This document shows positions 46,554-55,621 of a stretch of 64,000 nucleotides of DNA, piece by piece (position 1 is the first letter of the stretch; each line of letters begins with the position of its first letter). The notes beneath the pieces were generated by a model. The model was not told the origin of the DNA. It ran no database searches and saw only the letters and a program-made list of their open reading frames with translations. This DNA is from Proteiniborus sp. (GTDB taxonomy: Bacteria; Bacillota; Clostridia; Tissierellales; Proteiniboraceae). Made by a program: the position numbers and the translations under genes. The stretch is taken from the NCBI RefSeq assembly GCF_040308045.1, contig NZ_JAWRHZ010000060.1:41197-105196 (forward strand). The letters are read 5' to 3'.

Positions 46554-47957
46554 ATGTTAATGAACTTAAGAAAAGCAGCTTTGCCAATTATTTTATTATT
46601 ATTAATATCATTAAGCTTATCTGCTTGTTCAAATAAGTCAGTAGAAACAGAAAATAAACAGGTTGTTGAACAACAAGATAAAGAAGAGGAAAAAGGAATT
46701 CAATCAATTTCTACAGAAGATTTAAAGGAAAAGCTAAATGATAACTCATGGGTAATTGTTGATACCCGAATCAATGATGCTTACAATGGTTGGAAACTTG
46801 AAGGGGTAAAAAGAGGTGGACATATAGAGGGAGCAGTAGACTTTTCTGCTAATTGGTTAAGCACAGAAGTAGAAAACAAAGATGCTATTTTAAGTGAAGC
46901 AATTAATGCTAAAGGTATCGATCCATCTAAAAATATAGTACTATATGATGCTAATGGGGAAGATGCTTTAAAGGTTGCAGAATACCTAAAAGATAAAGGA
47001 TATGAAAATCTATATAATTATAACGTAAAAGAGTGGACTGAAGACGAAAGTCTTCCTATGGAAATCTACGAAAACTATAAATTGATAGTACCTGCTAGTA
47101 TAGTTAAGGATATACTAGATGGCAAAACACCAGAAACATTTGAAGATTCTACACAAATAAAGATAGTTGAGGCAAGCTGGGGCGAAGAAGATACATCATA
47201 TGCAAATGGGCATGTACCTACAAGCTTCCATATAAATACTGATTGGATAGAACCACCACCAGCTTGGATGTTAGCTGATGACGCAACACTGACAGAATTT
47301 GCACTAAACAATGGATTTACAAAGGATGATACTGTAATAGTAACTGGTGAAGCTCAAATGGCAGCTTATCGTGTAGCTACAGCACTAAGATATATTGGAG
47401 TTAAAGATGTAAGAGTATTAAATGGTGGTTTAGGAGCTTGGATATCTGCAGGATATGATGTTGAAACAGAAAGCCATAAACCAACTCCAGTTACTGATTT
47501 TGGAGCTAAAATACCAGTAAATCCAGATTTAATTGATACTATAGAAGAGCTAAAAGTAAGCTTAACAAAACCTAATGAATTTATATTAGTAGATAATCGT
47601 ACTTGGGAAGAACATATAGGAAAAAGTTCTGGTTACTCTTATCATGATTTGAAAGGTCGTATACCTGGTTCAGTATTTGGATATGCTGGAAAGACTGACT
47701 CCAACTCATTAGATTACTATCGTAATATAGATAATACTATGCGTAATGCCGATGAAATATTAGCTATGTGGAAAGAGTATGGAATAGATACAAACAGACA
47801 TCTTTCATTTATGTGTGGAAGTGGATGGCGTGCAGCAGAAGTACTATATTATGCTCAAGTGATGGGTCTTGAGAATACATCTCTATATAGCGATGGTTGG
47901 ATTGGCTGGAGTAATAACCCAGAAAATCCTGTAGAAACTGGAGAGCCAGCAAACTAA
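46554..47957 (+). CDS. Secreted lipoprotein with three rhodanese modules, YnjE-type active-site loop
   Basis: AGAGGAG lies 7 nt before ATG 46554; the track start is 46500. Lipobox LSLSAC. Only the last module has a catalytic Cys (FMCGSGWRAAE), resembling the CGTGWR loop recalled for E. coli YnjE. Confidence 0.8.
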   Translation: MLMNLRKAALPIILLLLISLSLSACSNKSVETENKQVVEQQDKEEEKGIQSISTEDLKEKLNDNSWVIVDTRINDAYNGWKLEGVKRGGHIEGAVDFSANWLSTEVENKDAILSEAINAKGIDPSKNIVLYDANGEDALKVAEYLKDKGYENLYNYNVKEWTEDESLPMEIYENYKLIVPASIVKDILDGKTPETFEDSTQIKIVEASWGEEDTSYANGHVPTSFHINTDWIEPPPAWMLADDATLTEFALNNGFTKDDTVIVTGEAQMAAYRVATALRYIGVKDVRVLNGGLGAWISAGYDVETESHKPTPVTDFGAKIPVNPDLIDTIEELKVSLTKPNEFILVDNRTWEEHIGKSSGYSYHDLKGRIPGSVFGYAGKTDSNSLDYYRNIDNTMRNADEILAMWKEYGIDTNRHLSFMCGSGWRAAEVLYYAQVMGLENTSLYSDGWIGWSNNPENPVETGEPAN

Positions 47958-47958
47958 A

Positions 47959-48432
47959 ATGTATAGAGAAAAAAACGCAAAGGGTATAATTAAGAGAGTA
48001 ATATATGCCATAGTAGCGCTTTTACAAGTAGCCTTGATAGTTGCTGTATTTGTAATAAACAATCTGACTACAAAAAAGGCAGGGGTAATGAGACATGTTT
48101 ATTCTAGGAGACTACAATATGAACAGAGCATATTTACTCAAGTTAATTTGATAAAGCATAATATTATACTAATTGTATTATGCATTCTGTTTGCTGTTCT
48201 ATTATTCTATGCTATCAAGAGAAGAAGAAAAATATTTACCGGAATCCAGATAACAATAGGGCTTATAATTAGCTTGTTGACGGCTATTGCCATTAATAGT
48301 AAGTGTTTTATAGACATGCTAGCATATCCTTACTATATCATAGCATTTGAACTAGCGTTATTGATTCAGATTATTGTTATCATAATAGTAATATTACAGG
48401 TCTACTTTAGACAATATAATAAGAGATATTAA
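47959..48432 (+). CDS. Hypothetical 4-TM membrane protein
   Basis: 157 aa. Starts 1 nt after the rhodanese stop. No motif recognised. Confidence 0.5.
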   Translation: MYREKNAKGIIKRVIYAIVALLQVALIVAVFVINNLTTKKAGVMRHVYSRRLQYEQSIFTQVNLIKHNIILIVLCILFAVLLFYAIKRRRKIFTGIQITIGLIISLLTAIAINSKCFIDMLAYPYYIIAFELALLIQIIVIIIVILQVYFRQYNKRY

Positions 48433-48448
48433 ATTCTCATCTTAGAAG

Positions 48449-48488
48449 CCTGCTATATAATCAGTACTGATAATATAGCAGGTGTTTT
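48449..48488 (+). terminator. Intrinsic terminator ending the 42.4-48.4 kb unit
   Basis: CCTGCTATAT...ATATAGCAGG long stem followed by TGTTTTT. Confidence 0.8.
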
Positions 48489-48566
48489 TATGTTAGATTC
48501 TCTATACTTTTTATTCTTTATTTGATAGACTAATATTTAGAGACTCAAAATAAAAGAGGTGAAATA

Positions 48567-49112
48567 ATGAAAAAGTATTTAGAAATGTTCTCAGTTTTTT
48601 TCAAAATAGGTGCCTTTACAATAGGTGGAGGGTATGCCATGGTTCCGCTTATTGAAGCTGAAGTTGTAGATAAGAAAAAATGGATTGAAAAGGATGAATT
48701 CGTAGATACTCTTGCATTAGCCCAATCTGCACCAGGACCTATAGCCGTAAACACAGCTGTGTTTGTAGGCTTTAAAATGGATAGATATAAGGGTGCTTTT
48801 TTTACTACATTAGGAGCAATACTGCCATCATTTTTAATTATTTTAGCTATTGCAATGTTTTTTAAAGAAATAAAAGACCTTAAAGCAGTAGAAAGTGCAT
48901 TTAAAGCCATAAGACCAGCGGTAGTAGCCCTGATAGCTACATCAGTTATTAGTTTATCTAAAAGCTCAAAGCTAAAGGGAAAGGCCTTTATTATACCTAT
49001 AGTAGTTGCAGCGTGTGTTACTTTTTTAAAAATAACTCCTATTTTATTTATTATAATAGCAGTAATTGGTGGAAATCTTTATATGGCTAAAAAAGGAGGT
49101 AGCAAACAGTGA
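48567..49112 (+). CDS. chrA: Chromate transporter (CHR family, half-size subunit)
   Basis: 181 aa, FTIGGGYAMVPLI motif. Confidence 0.8.
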   Translation: MKKYLEMFSVFFKIGAFTIGGGYAMVPLIEAEVVDKKKWIEKDEFVDTLALAQSAPGPIAVNTAVFVGFKMDRYKGAFFTTLGAILPSFLIILAIAMFFKEIKDLKAVESAFKAIRPAVVALIATSVISLSKSSKLKGKAFIIPIVVAACVTFLKITPILFIIIAVIGGNLYMAKKGGSKQ

Positions 49113-49633
49113 TATACCTAAGACTCTTTATAACATTTTTTAAAATAGGACTTTTTAGCTTTGGTGGAGGATATGCCATGCTACCTTTGATACAAACTGA
49201 AGTAGTAGATGTAAACAATTGGCTTAGTGTCAGTGAGTTTACAGATATAGTTGCCATATCACAGGTTACTCCTGGACCTATTGCAATAAACAGTGCTACA
49301 TATATAGGCTATACAGTTACGAATAGTGTTTTAGGCTCTGCTTTTGCAACATTAGGAGTTGCAATGCCTTCTATAATTATTATGCTAATAATATGTAACT
49401 TCTTTTTTAAATTTAAAAACAACAAATACGTAGAAAATGCTTTTGTTGGACTTAGACCAGTAGTAGTGGGGCTTGTATTGTCAGCGATGCTACTTTTAAT
49501 CAATAAAGAGACATTTATTGACTACAAAAGTATTATATTCTTTGCATTAGCTTTCTTTGCAACCTATAAATATAAGATTCATCCAATATTACTTACATTG
49601 GTTGCAGGAATTTTAGGATATATTATTTACTAA
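49109..49633 (+). CDS. chrA: Chromate transporter (CHR family, second half-size subunit)
   Basis: 174 aa, FSFGGGYAMLPLI motif. 4-nt overlap with the first half. Confidence 0.8.
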   Translation: MIYLRLFITFFKIGLFSFGGGYAMLPLIQTEVVDVNNWLSVSEFTDIVAISQVTPGPIAINSATYIGYTVTNSVLGSAFATLGVAMPSIIIMLIICNFFFKFKNNKYVENAFVGLRPVVVGLVLSAMLLLINKETFIDYKSIIFFALAFFATYKYKIHPILLTLVAGILGYIIY

Positions 49634-49646
49634 GGAGGAGTGAATT

Positions 49647-51263
49647 TTGAATTTTAAATTTGATCCATTAACTTATAGTTATCCTTCTAGAAGAAATGTG
49701 GTTTATGGTAAGAAAGGTATGGTTGCCACAGGTAATCCGTTAGCAGCGCAAGCAGGGCTTGAGATACTTAAAAAAGGCGGTAATGCTATTGATGCAGCCA
49801 TAGGGGCAGCAGCTACACTAACAGTTGTAGAGCCTACAGCAAACGGAATAGGCGGAGATGCCTTTGCATTAGTATGGACAGGAAACAAGCTTCATGGCTT
49901 GAACAGCAGTGGACCTTCACCTAAATCAATAAGTGCAAAAGCTTTAAAAGAATTAGGTTATACAGAGATGCCTAAATACGGTCTAATACCAGTTAACGTA
50001 CCGGGTGCACCAGCTGCTTGGGCAGAGCTATCAAAGAAGTTTGGAAAGTTAACCTTTGAGGAAGTACTAGAGCCTGCCATTAAATATGCAGAGGAAGGCT
50101 TCACTATTCAGCCAGGTGTAGGGGCTGGATGGGCAGCTGCATTTATGAAATATACCAAGGAAAGAGAAAACAAGGAAGAGTTTCAGACTTGGTTTGATAC
50201 CTTTGCACCAAACGATAATTGTCCTAAAATCGGAGATTATGTTACATTAAAAGACCATGGAAGAACTCTAAAAGAAATAGCAAAAACCATGGCTGAAAGC
50301 TTTTACCGTGGAGAGCTGGCAGAGAAAATAGATGCATTTTCTAAGAAATACGGTGGATATATTACAAAAGAAGATCTAGCTGATTACCATCCAAGATGGG
50401 TTGAGCCAATAAGCACCGACTATAAAGGATATGAAGTATATGAAATACCTCCAAATGGTCATGGAATAACTGTACTGATGGCACTAAATATATTAAAAGA
50501 AATGGAGCTAGGGGCTAAGGATTCCTTTAATAGTACACATCTGCAAATAGAAGCCTTAAAATTAGCCTTTGTAGATGCTCAGAAATATGTAGCTGATCCA
50601 AAGGTAATGAAGGTAAAAACTGAGGAATTGCTTTCTCAGGAGTATGCTAGAGAAAGAAGAAAATTAATAACAGACAAAGCAATAATGCCTGAGGCTGGAC
50701 AGCCATCTAAAGGTGGAACAGTTTATCTTTGTACAGCAGATGAAGAAGGAAACATGGTTTCATACATTCAAAGTAATTACATGGGATTTGGTTCAGGACT
50801 AGTAGTACCTAATACAGGTATTTCACTACATAATAGAGGAGCAAACTTCAATCTAGATGAAGAATCAGATAATTGTATTGGAGGATGCAAAAGACCGTAT
50901 CATACAATTATTCCAGGATTTTTAACTAAGGACGGAAAACCAGTAGGACCTTTTGGAATCATGGGAGGATTTATGCAGCCACAGGCCCATCTCCAAGTTA
51001 TGATAAATACTATAGATTATAATATGAATCCACAGGAAGCACTAGATAGACCAAGATGGCAATGGGTTGGAGGTAAGACTATAGAGGTGGAGCAGAGTTT
51101 TGATAACAGACTAGCGCTAGAGTTAGCAAGAGCGGGACACGATATAGTAGTGAAGGCTAACAGCGTAGCCTTTGGAAGAGGCCAAATAATCTGGAGAAAT
51201 GATGATGGTGTTCTATGCGGTGCAACAGAACCGAGAACGGATGGACAGGTAGCAGTTTGGTAA
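49647..51263 (+). CDS. ggt: Gamma-glutamyltransferase family protein (no signal peptide)
   Basis: 538 aa. GGNAIDAAIG, GIGGDAF and the autoprocessing-site context GGTVYLC. TTG start after AGGAGGAG. Confidence 0.85.
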   Translation: MNFKFDPLTYSYPSRRNVVYGKKGMVATGNPLAAQAGLEILKKGGNAIDAAIGAAATLTVVEPTANGIGGDAFALVWTGNKLHGLNSSGPSPKSISAKALKELGYTEMPKYGLIPVNVPGAPAAWAELSKKFGKLTFEEVLEPAIKYAEEGFTIQPGVGAGWAAAFMKYTKERENKEEFQTWFDTFAPNDNCPKIGDYVTLKDHGRTLKEIAKTMAESFYRGELAEKIDAFSKKYGGYITKEDLADYHPRWVEPISTDYKGYEVYEIPPNGHGITVLMALNILKEMELGAKDSFNSTHLQIEALKLAFVDAQKYVADPKVMKVKTEELLSQEYARERRKLITDKAIMPEAGQPSKGGTVYLCTADEEGNMVSYIQSNYMGFGSGLVVPNTGISLHNRGANFNLDEESDNCIGGCKRPYHTIIPGFLTKDGKPVGPFGIMGGFMQPQAHLQVMINTIDYNMNPQEALDRPRWQWVGGKTIEVEQSFDNRLALELARAGHDIVVKANSVAFGRGQIIWRNDDGVLCGATEPRTDGQVAVW

Positions 51264-51283
51264 GTAATAACATATAATACTTA

Positions 51284-51327
51284 AAGACTTCATAGATGAA
51301 CTTAGGTTCTTATGAGGTCTTTTTTTG
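51284..51327 (+). terminator. Intrinsic terminator
   Basis: AAGACTTCATA...TATGAGGTCTT 11-bp stem (one G-U pair) followed by T7. Confidence 0.8.
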
Positions 51328-51424
51328 AGCATAGTTATAGAAATATTATATTAATTAGTCTAAATAAAAATAGAATTTAATATAGTTCAATAGGGACTTA
51401 GTTTTAGTAAGGGGGGTATAAACT

Positions 51425-52072
51425 TTGATTCAATGGTGGAATGGCATTCCTTCATTTGAAAAAGTGTTTTGGTATTTTGCTATACCTTTCAGTGTAGTGT
51501 TTATTATACAACTAATATTAACCTTCATGGGAATGAATGATGACACAGATGTTGGAGATGATCATAGCATGTTTGACCACTCTGATGCACACGATTTAGA
51601 TCTTGACAGTGGAGAGAGCTTAGATGGTATGTCCTCATTTCACTTCTTTACAGTAAGAAATTTTATCATCTTCTTTACTGTCTTTGGGTGGACAGGAATA
51701 GTAGGTGCAAACTCTAATTTAAGTAATACAGTAACAATTATACTTTCTATATTGTTAGGCTTAATAGTCATGGCAATAGTTTCAGGAATATTCTATCTTA
51801 CAAATAAACTTGTTGAAAATGGCACCATGAGCTTGGCAAATGCAATGCATTGTATAGGTGAAGTATATATAACTATTCCTGCAAATGGAAATGGCGTTGG
51901 TAAAGTTAGCATAACTCTACAAGGGTCATTAAGAGAAATAGAGGCTATGACAGAAGGAGATGAAATTAAGTCGGGAGAATTAATAAAAGTAATAGGAGTA
52001 GTAAATAATCAAGTTCTTGTAGTAGAAAAGCATTCCAAAAGTTATAAATTAATAAAAGAGGAAGCTTACTAA
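51425..52072 (+). CDS. NfeD-family membrane protein (YuaF-like)
   Basis: N-terminal TM segments, an acidic linker, and a C-terminal OB-fold-like GEVYITIPANGNGVGKVSITLQGSLREIEA. Confidence 0.7.
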   Translation: MIQWWNGIPSFEKVFWYFAIPFSVVFIIQLILTFMGMNDDTDVGDDHSMFDHSDAHDLDLDSGESLDGMSSFHFFTVRNFIIFFTVFGWTGIVGANSNLSNTVTIILSILLGLIVMAIVSGIFYLTNKLVENGTMSLANAMHCIGEVYITIPANGNGVGKVSITLQGSLREIEAMTEGDEIKSGELIKVIGVVNNQVLVVEKHSKSYKLIKEEAY

Positions 52073-52095
52073 AATCAAAAAAGGGGGGGGATTAC

Positions 52096-53514
52096 ATGGG
52101 TTCACTTTATCCAATAATACTTGTCACTGTAATAGTAATAGTGATATTTAGTACTATTGCAGCTATTTTTAGAAGGTACAAGAAATGTCCTTCAGACAAA
52201 ATACTTGTAGCCTATGGTAAGACCGGAAAAGGAGCAGATGGAAACTACAGATCAGCTAAATGTATTCATGGTGGAGCAGCCTTTATTTGGCCAGTAATAC
52301 AAAGCTATGAGTTCCTTGATTTAACACCTATTTCTATTGATGTAAATCTTACAAATGCACTAAGTAATCAAAACATAAGAGTAGATGTACCTTCTAGGTT
52401 TACAGTAGGTATCTCAACAGAACCAGGAGTCATGACTAATGCTGCAGAAAGGCTGCTTGGTCTTCAGCTTAAGGAAGTTCAAGAATTAGCAAAGGACATT
52501 ATCTTTGGACAATTGAGACTCGTAATAGCCACTATGGAAATAGAAGAAATCAACTCAGATAGAGATAAGTTTCTTGCCAATGTTTCTAAAAACGTTGAGG
52601 GCGAGCTTAAGAAAATCGGACTAAAGCTTATAAACGTAAACGTAACAGATATTAGAGATGAGTCAGGCTACATAGAGGCATTAGGAAAAGAAGCTGCTGC
52701 TAAGGCAATAAATGATGCAAAGAAAAATGTTGCTGAAAAAGACCGTGACGGTGCAATAGGTGAAGCAAATGCCAAAATGGATGAGAGAGTACAAGTAGCA
52801 GAAGCTAATGCTACAGCAGTAGAAGGAGAAAACAAATCTAATATTACAATAGCTAATTCAGAAGCAGAAAAAAGAGAAAAGAAAGCAGAGGCAGAAAGAA
52901 GAGCAGTTGCAGCAGAAAAGGTTCAGGCTGCTAAGGCTTTAGAAGAAGCATACTCTGCAGAGGAGCAGGCGGAAAAAGCTAGAGCTAGCAAGGAAAGAGC
53001 AACAATGGAAGCTGATGTCATCATTCAAGCTCAAATAGAAAAAGAGAAGGTAGAAATAGCTGCTGAGGCAGAAGCAGAAAGAATTCGCCGTCAAGCAAAA
53101 GGAGAAGCAGATGCAATACTTTTTAAAATGCAGGCTGAAGCTCAAGGTATTATGGAAATCTTAAGTAAGCAGGCGGAAGGATTCCAAAAGCTTGTTAATG
53201 CAGCAGGTGGAGATTCTAAGGATGCGATTATGCTAATGATAGCAGATAAGCTTCCAGAGCTTGTGAAAACTCAAGTTGAAGCTATAAAAAATATTAAGAT
53301 AGACAAAGTAACTGTATGGGACACTATGAATGGCAAGGGAGATGGAACTCCAGCTACAGCAAACTTCTTATCAGGAATGCTAAAATCTATACCTCCTTAT
53401 GAGGATTTATTTAGGATGGCAGGCATGGAATTACCTAAATATTTATCTACATCCTTAAAGGAACATGAAGTAGTCAGCGGAGATGCTATTAACCAAGAAC
53501 AAAAAACTGTTTAA
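52096..53514 (+). CDS. Flotillin (SPFH domain, FloT/YuaG-like)
   Basis: 472 aa. N-terminal TM segment and SPFH domain, then a long Ala/Glu/Lys coiled coil (EAERRAVAAEKVQAAKALEEA...). Confidence 0.85.
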   Translation: MGSLYPIILVTVIVIVIFSTIAAIFRRYKKCPSDKILVAYGKTGKGADGNYRSAKCIHGGAAFIWPVIQSYEFLDLTPISIDVNLTNALSNQNIRVDVPSRFTVGISTEPGVMTNAAERLLGLQLKEVQELAKDIIFGQLRLVIATMEIEEINSDRDKFLANVSKNVEGELKKIGLKLINVNVTDIRDESGYIEALGKEAAAKAINDAKKNVAEKDRDGAIGEANAKMDERVQVAEANATAVEGENKSNITIANSEAEKREKKAEAERRAVAAEKVQAAKALEEAYSAEEQAEKARASKERATMEADVIIQAQIEKEKVEIAAEAEAERIRRQAKGEADAILFKMQAEAQGIMEILSKQAEGFQKLVNAAGGDSKDAIMLMIADKLPELVKTQVEAIKNIKIDKVTVWDTMNGKGDGTPATANFLSGMLKSIPPYEDLFRMAGMELPKYLSTSLKEHEVVSGDAINQEQKTV

Positions 53515-53580
53515 AAATAAAAAATTTACAAATAAATTAAAAGCAATTATCTTGGATATACTAAATCTGAGGTGATTGCT

Positions 53581-54516
53581 TTGTTTAATTTAAAGAAAAA
53601 TACAGCCCTAAGGGTTTTAATAATTTTAGCTATAACCATACTTGCAACAACTGCATGTACTAAAAATCCGGAAAAACCTAATATAGAAAAAAAAGAAGAA
53701 AAAGTTCCGGAAAAACTAAAAGCTATGCAAGGTAAAAACGAAGATATAATTAAAGAAATAGAAAAAATTGTTGAGGAAATGAAAAAGCCAGAAGAACCTA
53801 AGAAACCAGAAGAAAAAGCCCAGCAACAGCAGCAAGGACAAGGTGATGGCGGTGGAGGCAGCCAAGGTGGCGGAGGCGGAGGTAGCCAGGGCGGTGGTGG
53901 TTCGGATTCAGAGGGAGGAAGCGGACAAGATCAGCAGAAAACTTCTGAAAAGACTGGTGGAGAGAAGAAGCCTGAAACAAAACAAGAAAAAATTGATACT
54001 ATGTGGAAAGCAGTTAAAAAAACCTCTGAGGATTTACATACATCTTGGGGGGATTATGAAATAATAGCTATAGAAAAGGGAGTTAAGAAACAGGAATTAT
54101 CAAAATTTGAGGATACAATAAATAATTTAACAGTAGCAGTCGAAGATAAAAATATTATTAATTCATTATTTTATTCAAACGAAGTAACATATAACATGGC
54201 TCCCTTCTTCGATGCATATAAGGATAATCGTGAAGGCGAATTGATGAGGATAAAATACTTTACAAGGCAAGCTCATTTACACGGAGGAACAGGTGATTGG
54301 GATAAAAGCGAAGAGAGCATAAGACAAGCAGAAGAGGCAATGAATATTGCTAGAGCAAGGATTAAGCTTAATAAAGAAGATCAACAGCTTATGGAGAAAT
54401 TAAATATATCATTAACGAATATGAAAACATCTATTCCCATGAAAAATGTAGAACTTATAAAGATAAAGAGAGATATTGTGTTAAAGAATGTGGATGAAAT
54501 AAGAGATAAACTATAA
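53581..54516 (+). CDS. Lipoprotein with a Pro/Glu/Lys then Gln/Gly/Ser low-complexity linker
   Basis: TTG 53581 sits 5 nt after GAGGTGA. Lipobox LATTAC. Linker QQQQGQGDGGGGSQGGGGGGSQGGGGSDSEGGSGQDQQ followed by a helical C-terminal domain. Confidence 0.6.
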   Translation: MFNLKKNTALRVLIILAITILATTACTKNPEKPNIEKKEEKVPEKLKAMQGKNEDIIKEIEKIVEEMKKPEEPKKPEEKAQQQQQGQGDGGGGSQGGGGGGSQGGGGSDSEGGSGQDQQKTSEKTGGEKKPETKQEKIDTMWKAVKKTSEDLHTSWGDYEIIAIEKGVKKQELSKFEDTINNLTVAVEDKNIINSLFYSNEVTYNMAPFFDAYKDNREGELMRIKYFTRQAHLHGGTGDWDKSEESIRQAEEAMNIARARIKLNKEDQQLMEKLNISLTNMKTSIPMKNVELIKIKRDIVLKNVDEIRDKL

Positions 54517-54563
54517 AGGAACAAAAGCCATCTTTTACCGTCTAATATAAAAAAGGCACGGGG

Positions 54564-55547
54564 GTGGCTATTGTGTTTTTAAAGAATAAAAAAAGATTAT
54601 TAAGCTTTATATTAATCATCTTATTATTTACATTAATGATTTCAGGCTGTTCTTCTAAAGGTATTTATGACTCAAAAACCAGTGAATCACCAGCTCAATC
54701 AGCACCTGCTGAAGCTAAGTATACAAGTGATATGGCAGATGCAGTTAGAGAGGAATCGGGCTTCAATTATAGTCAAGTTGCAGGCGAAGCTGAACAAAGT
54801 ACAGAAAATACAAATGCTGAGACCAATATAGGCAGGAAAATAATAAGATCGGCAAATGTAGAACTAGAAACAAAGGAATTTGACAAAACCACAAATATAA
54901 TTACAGAGAAGACAAACTTTCTCGGAGGCTATATAGAAAGCTCCAGCATATCAGGTGGACGACCAGTAAATAAAGAAGATTTTAGAAATAGAGTAGCTTC
55001 ATTTAGACTTAGAATTCCTGAAAAAAGCTTTGAACAGCTACTACTTGATTTTAGCGACATAGGAAATGTAATAAAGATAGAACGCGGTGGAGAGGATATT
55101 ACAAGTCAGTATTTTGACACTGAAGCAAGACTTAAATCTCTATCAATCCAAGAAGAAAGACTACTAGATATATTAAGAAAAGCAGATAAAATAGAGGATA
55201 TCATAAATCTAGAAAGAGAACTTTCTAATGTTAGATATCAAATAGAAAGCTATACAGGTACTTTAAGAAAATGGGATAATTTAGTTAGCTTTTCAACTAT
55301 AGATTTAATAATATACGAGGTTAGAGAAATACAAGCTCCAGAACCTGTTACACTTGGAGATAGAATAGTAGACGGATTCAGTAAATCCATAAAAGAAATT
55401 ATTAACCTAGGAAAAGAGCTTATAGTTGCAATAGCTGTATTACTTCCTGTTTTATTTATTCTAGCAATCATAGGATTAGTAGCTTATTACATTTTTAAGA
55501 AAGTTGTAAAAAGAAGAGTTAAGAAAATAGATAAAGATGAAGATTAA
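54564..55547 (+). CDS. DUF4349-domain protein (lipoprotein N-terminus, C-terminal TM anchor)
   Basis: Lipobox MISGC. KIIRSANVELETKEF...GGYIESS, FRLRIP, DITSQYFDTEARLKSL...LERELSNVRYQIES pattern of DUF4349 (recalled). C-terminal TM segment. Confidence 0.7.
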   Translation: MAIVFLKNKKRLLSFILIILLFTLMISGCSSKGIYDSKTSESPAQSAPAEAKYTSDMADAVREESGFNYSQVAGEAEQSTENTNAETNIGRKIIRSANVELETKEFDKTTNIITEKTNFLGGYIESSSISGGRPVNKEDFRNRVASFRLRIPEKSFEQLLLDFSDIGNVIKIERGGEDITSQYFDTEARLKSLSIQEERLLDILRKADKIEDIINLERELSNVRYQIESYTGTLRKWDNLVSFSTIDLIIYEVREIQAPEPVTLGDRIVDGFSKSIKEIINLGKELIVAIAVLLPVLFILAIIGLVAYYIFKKVVKRRVKKIDKDED

Positions 55548-55621
55548 AAAGTACTATATTTTTTCTTCTGATGAGCTATAATGTATATGTAGAACATAAC
55601 AATATTCTAGAGGTGAATAAA

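Noticed and set aside
53798-54064. ORFs 53798-53980 (-) and 53843-54064 (+, off-frame)
   Set aside because: They are artefacts of the GC-rich Gly/Ser/Gln repeat tract inside the lipoprotein gene.
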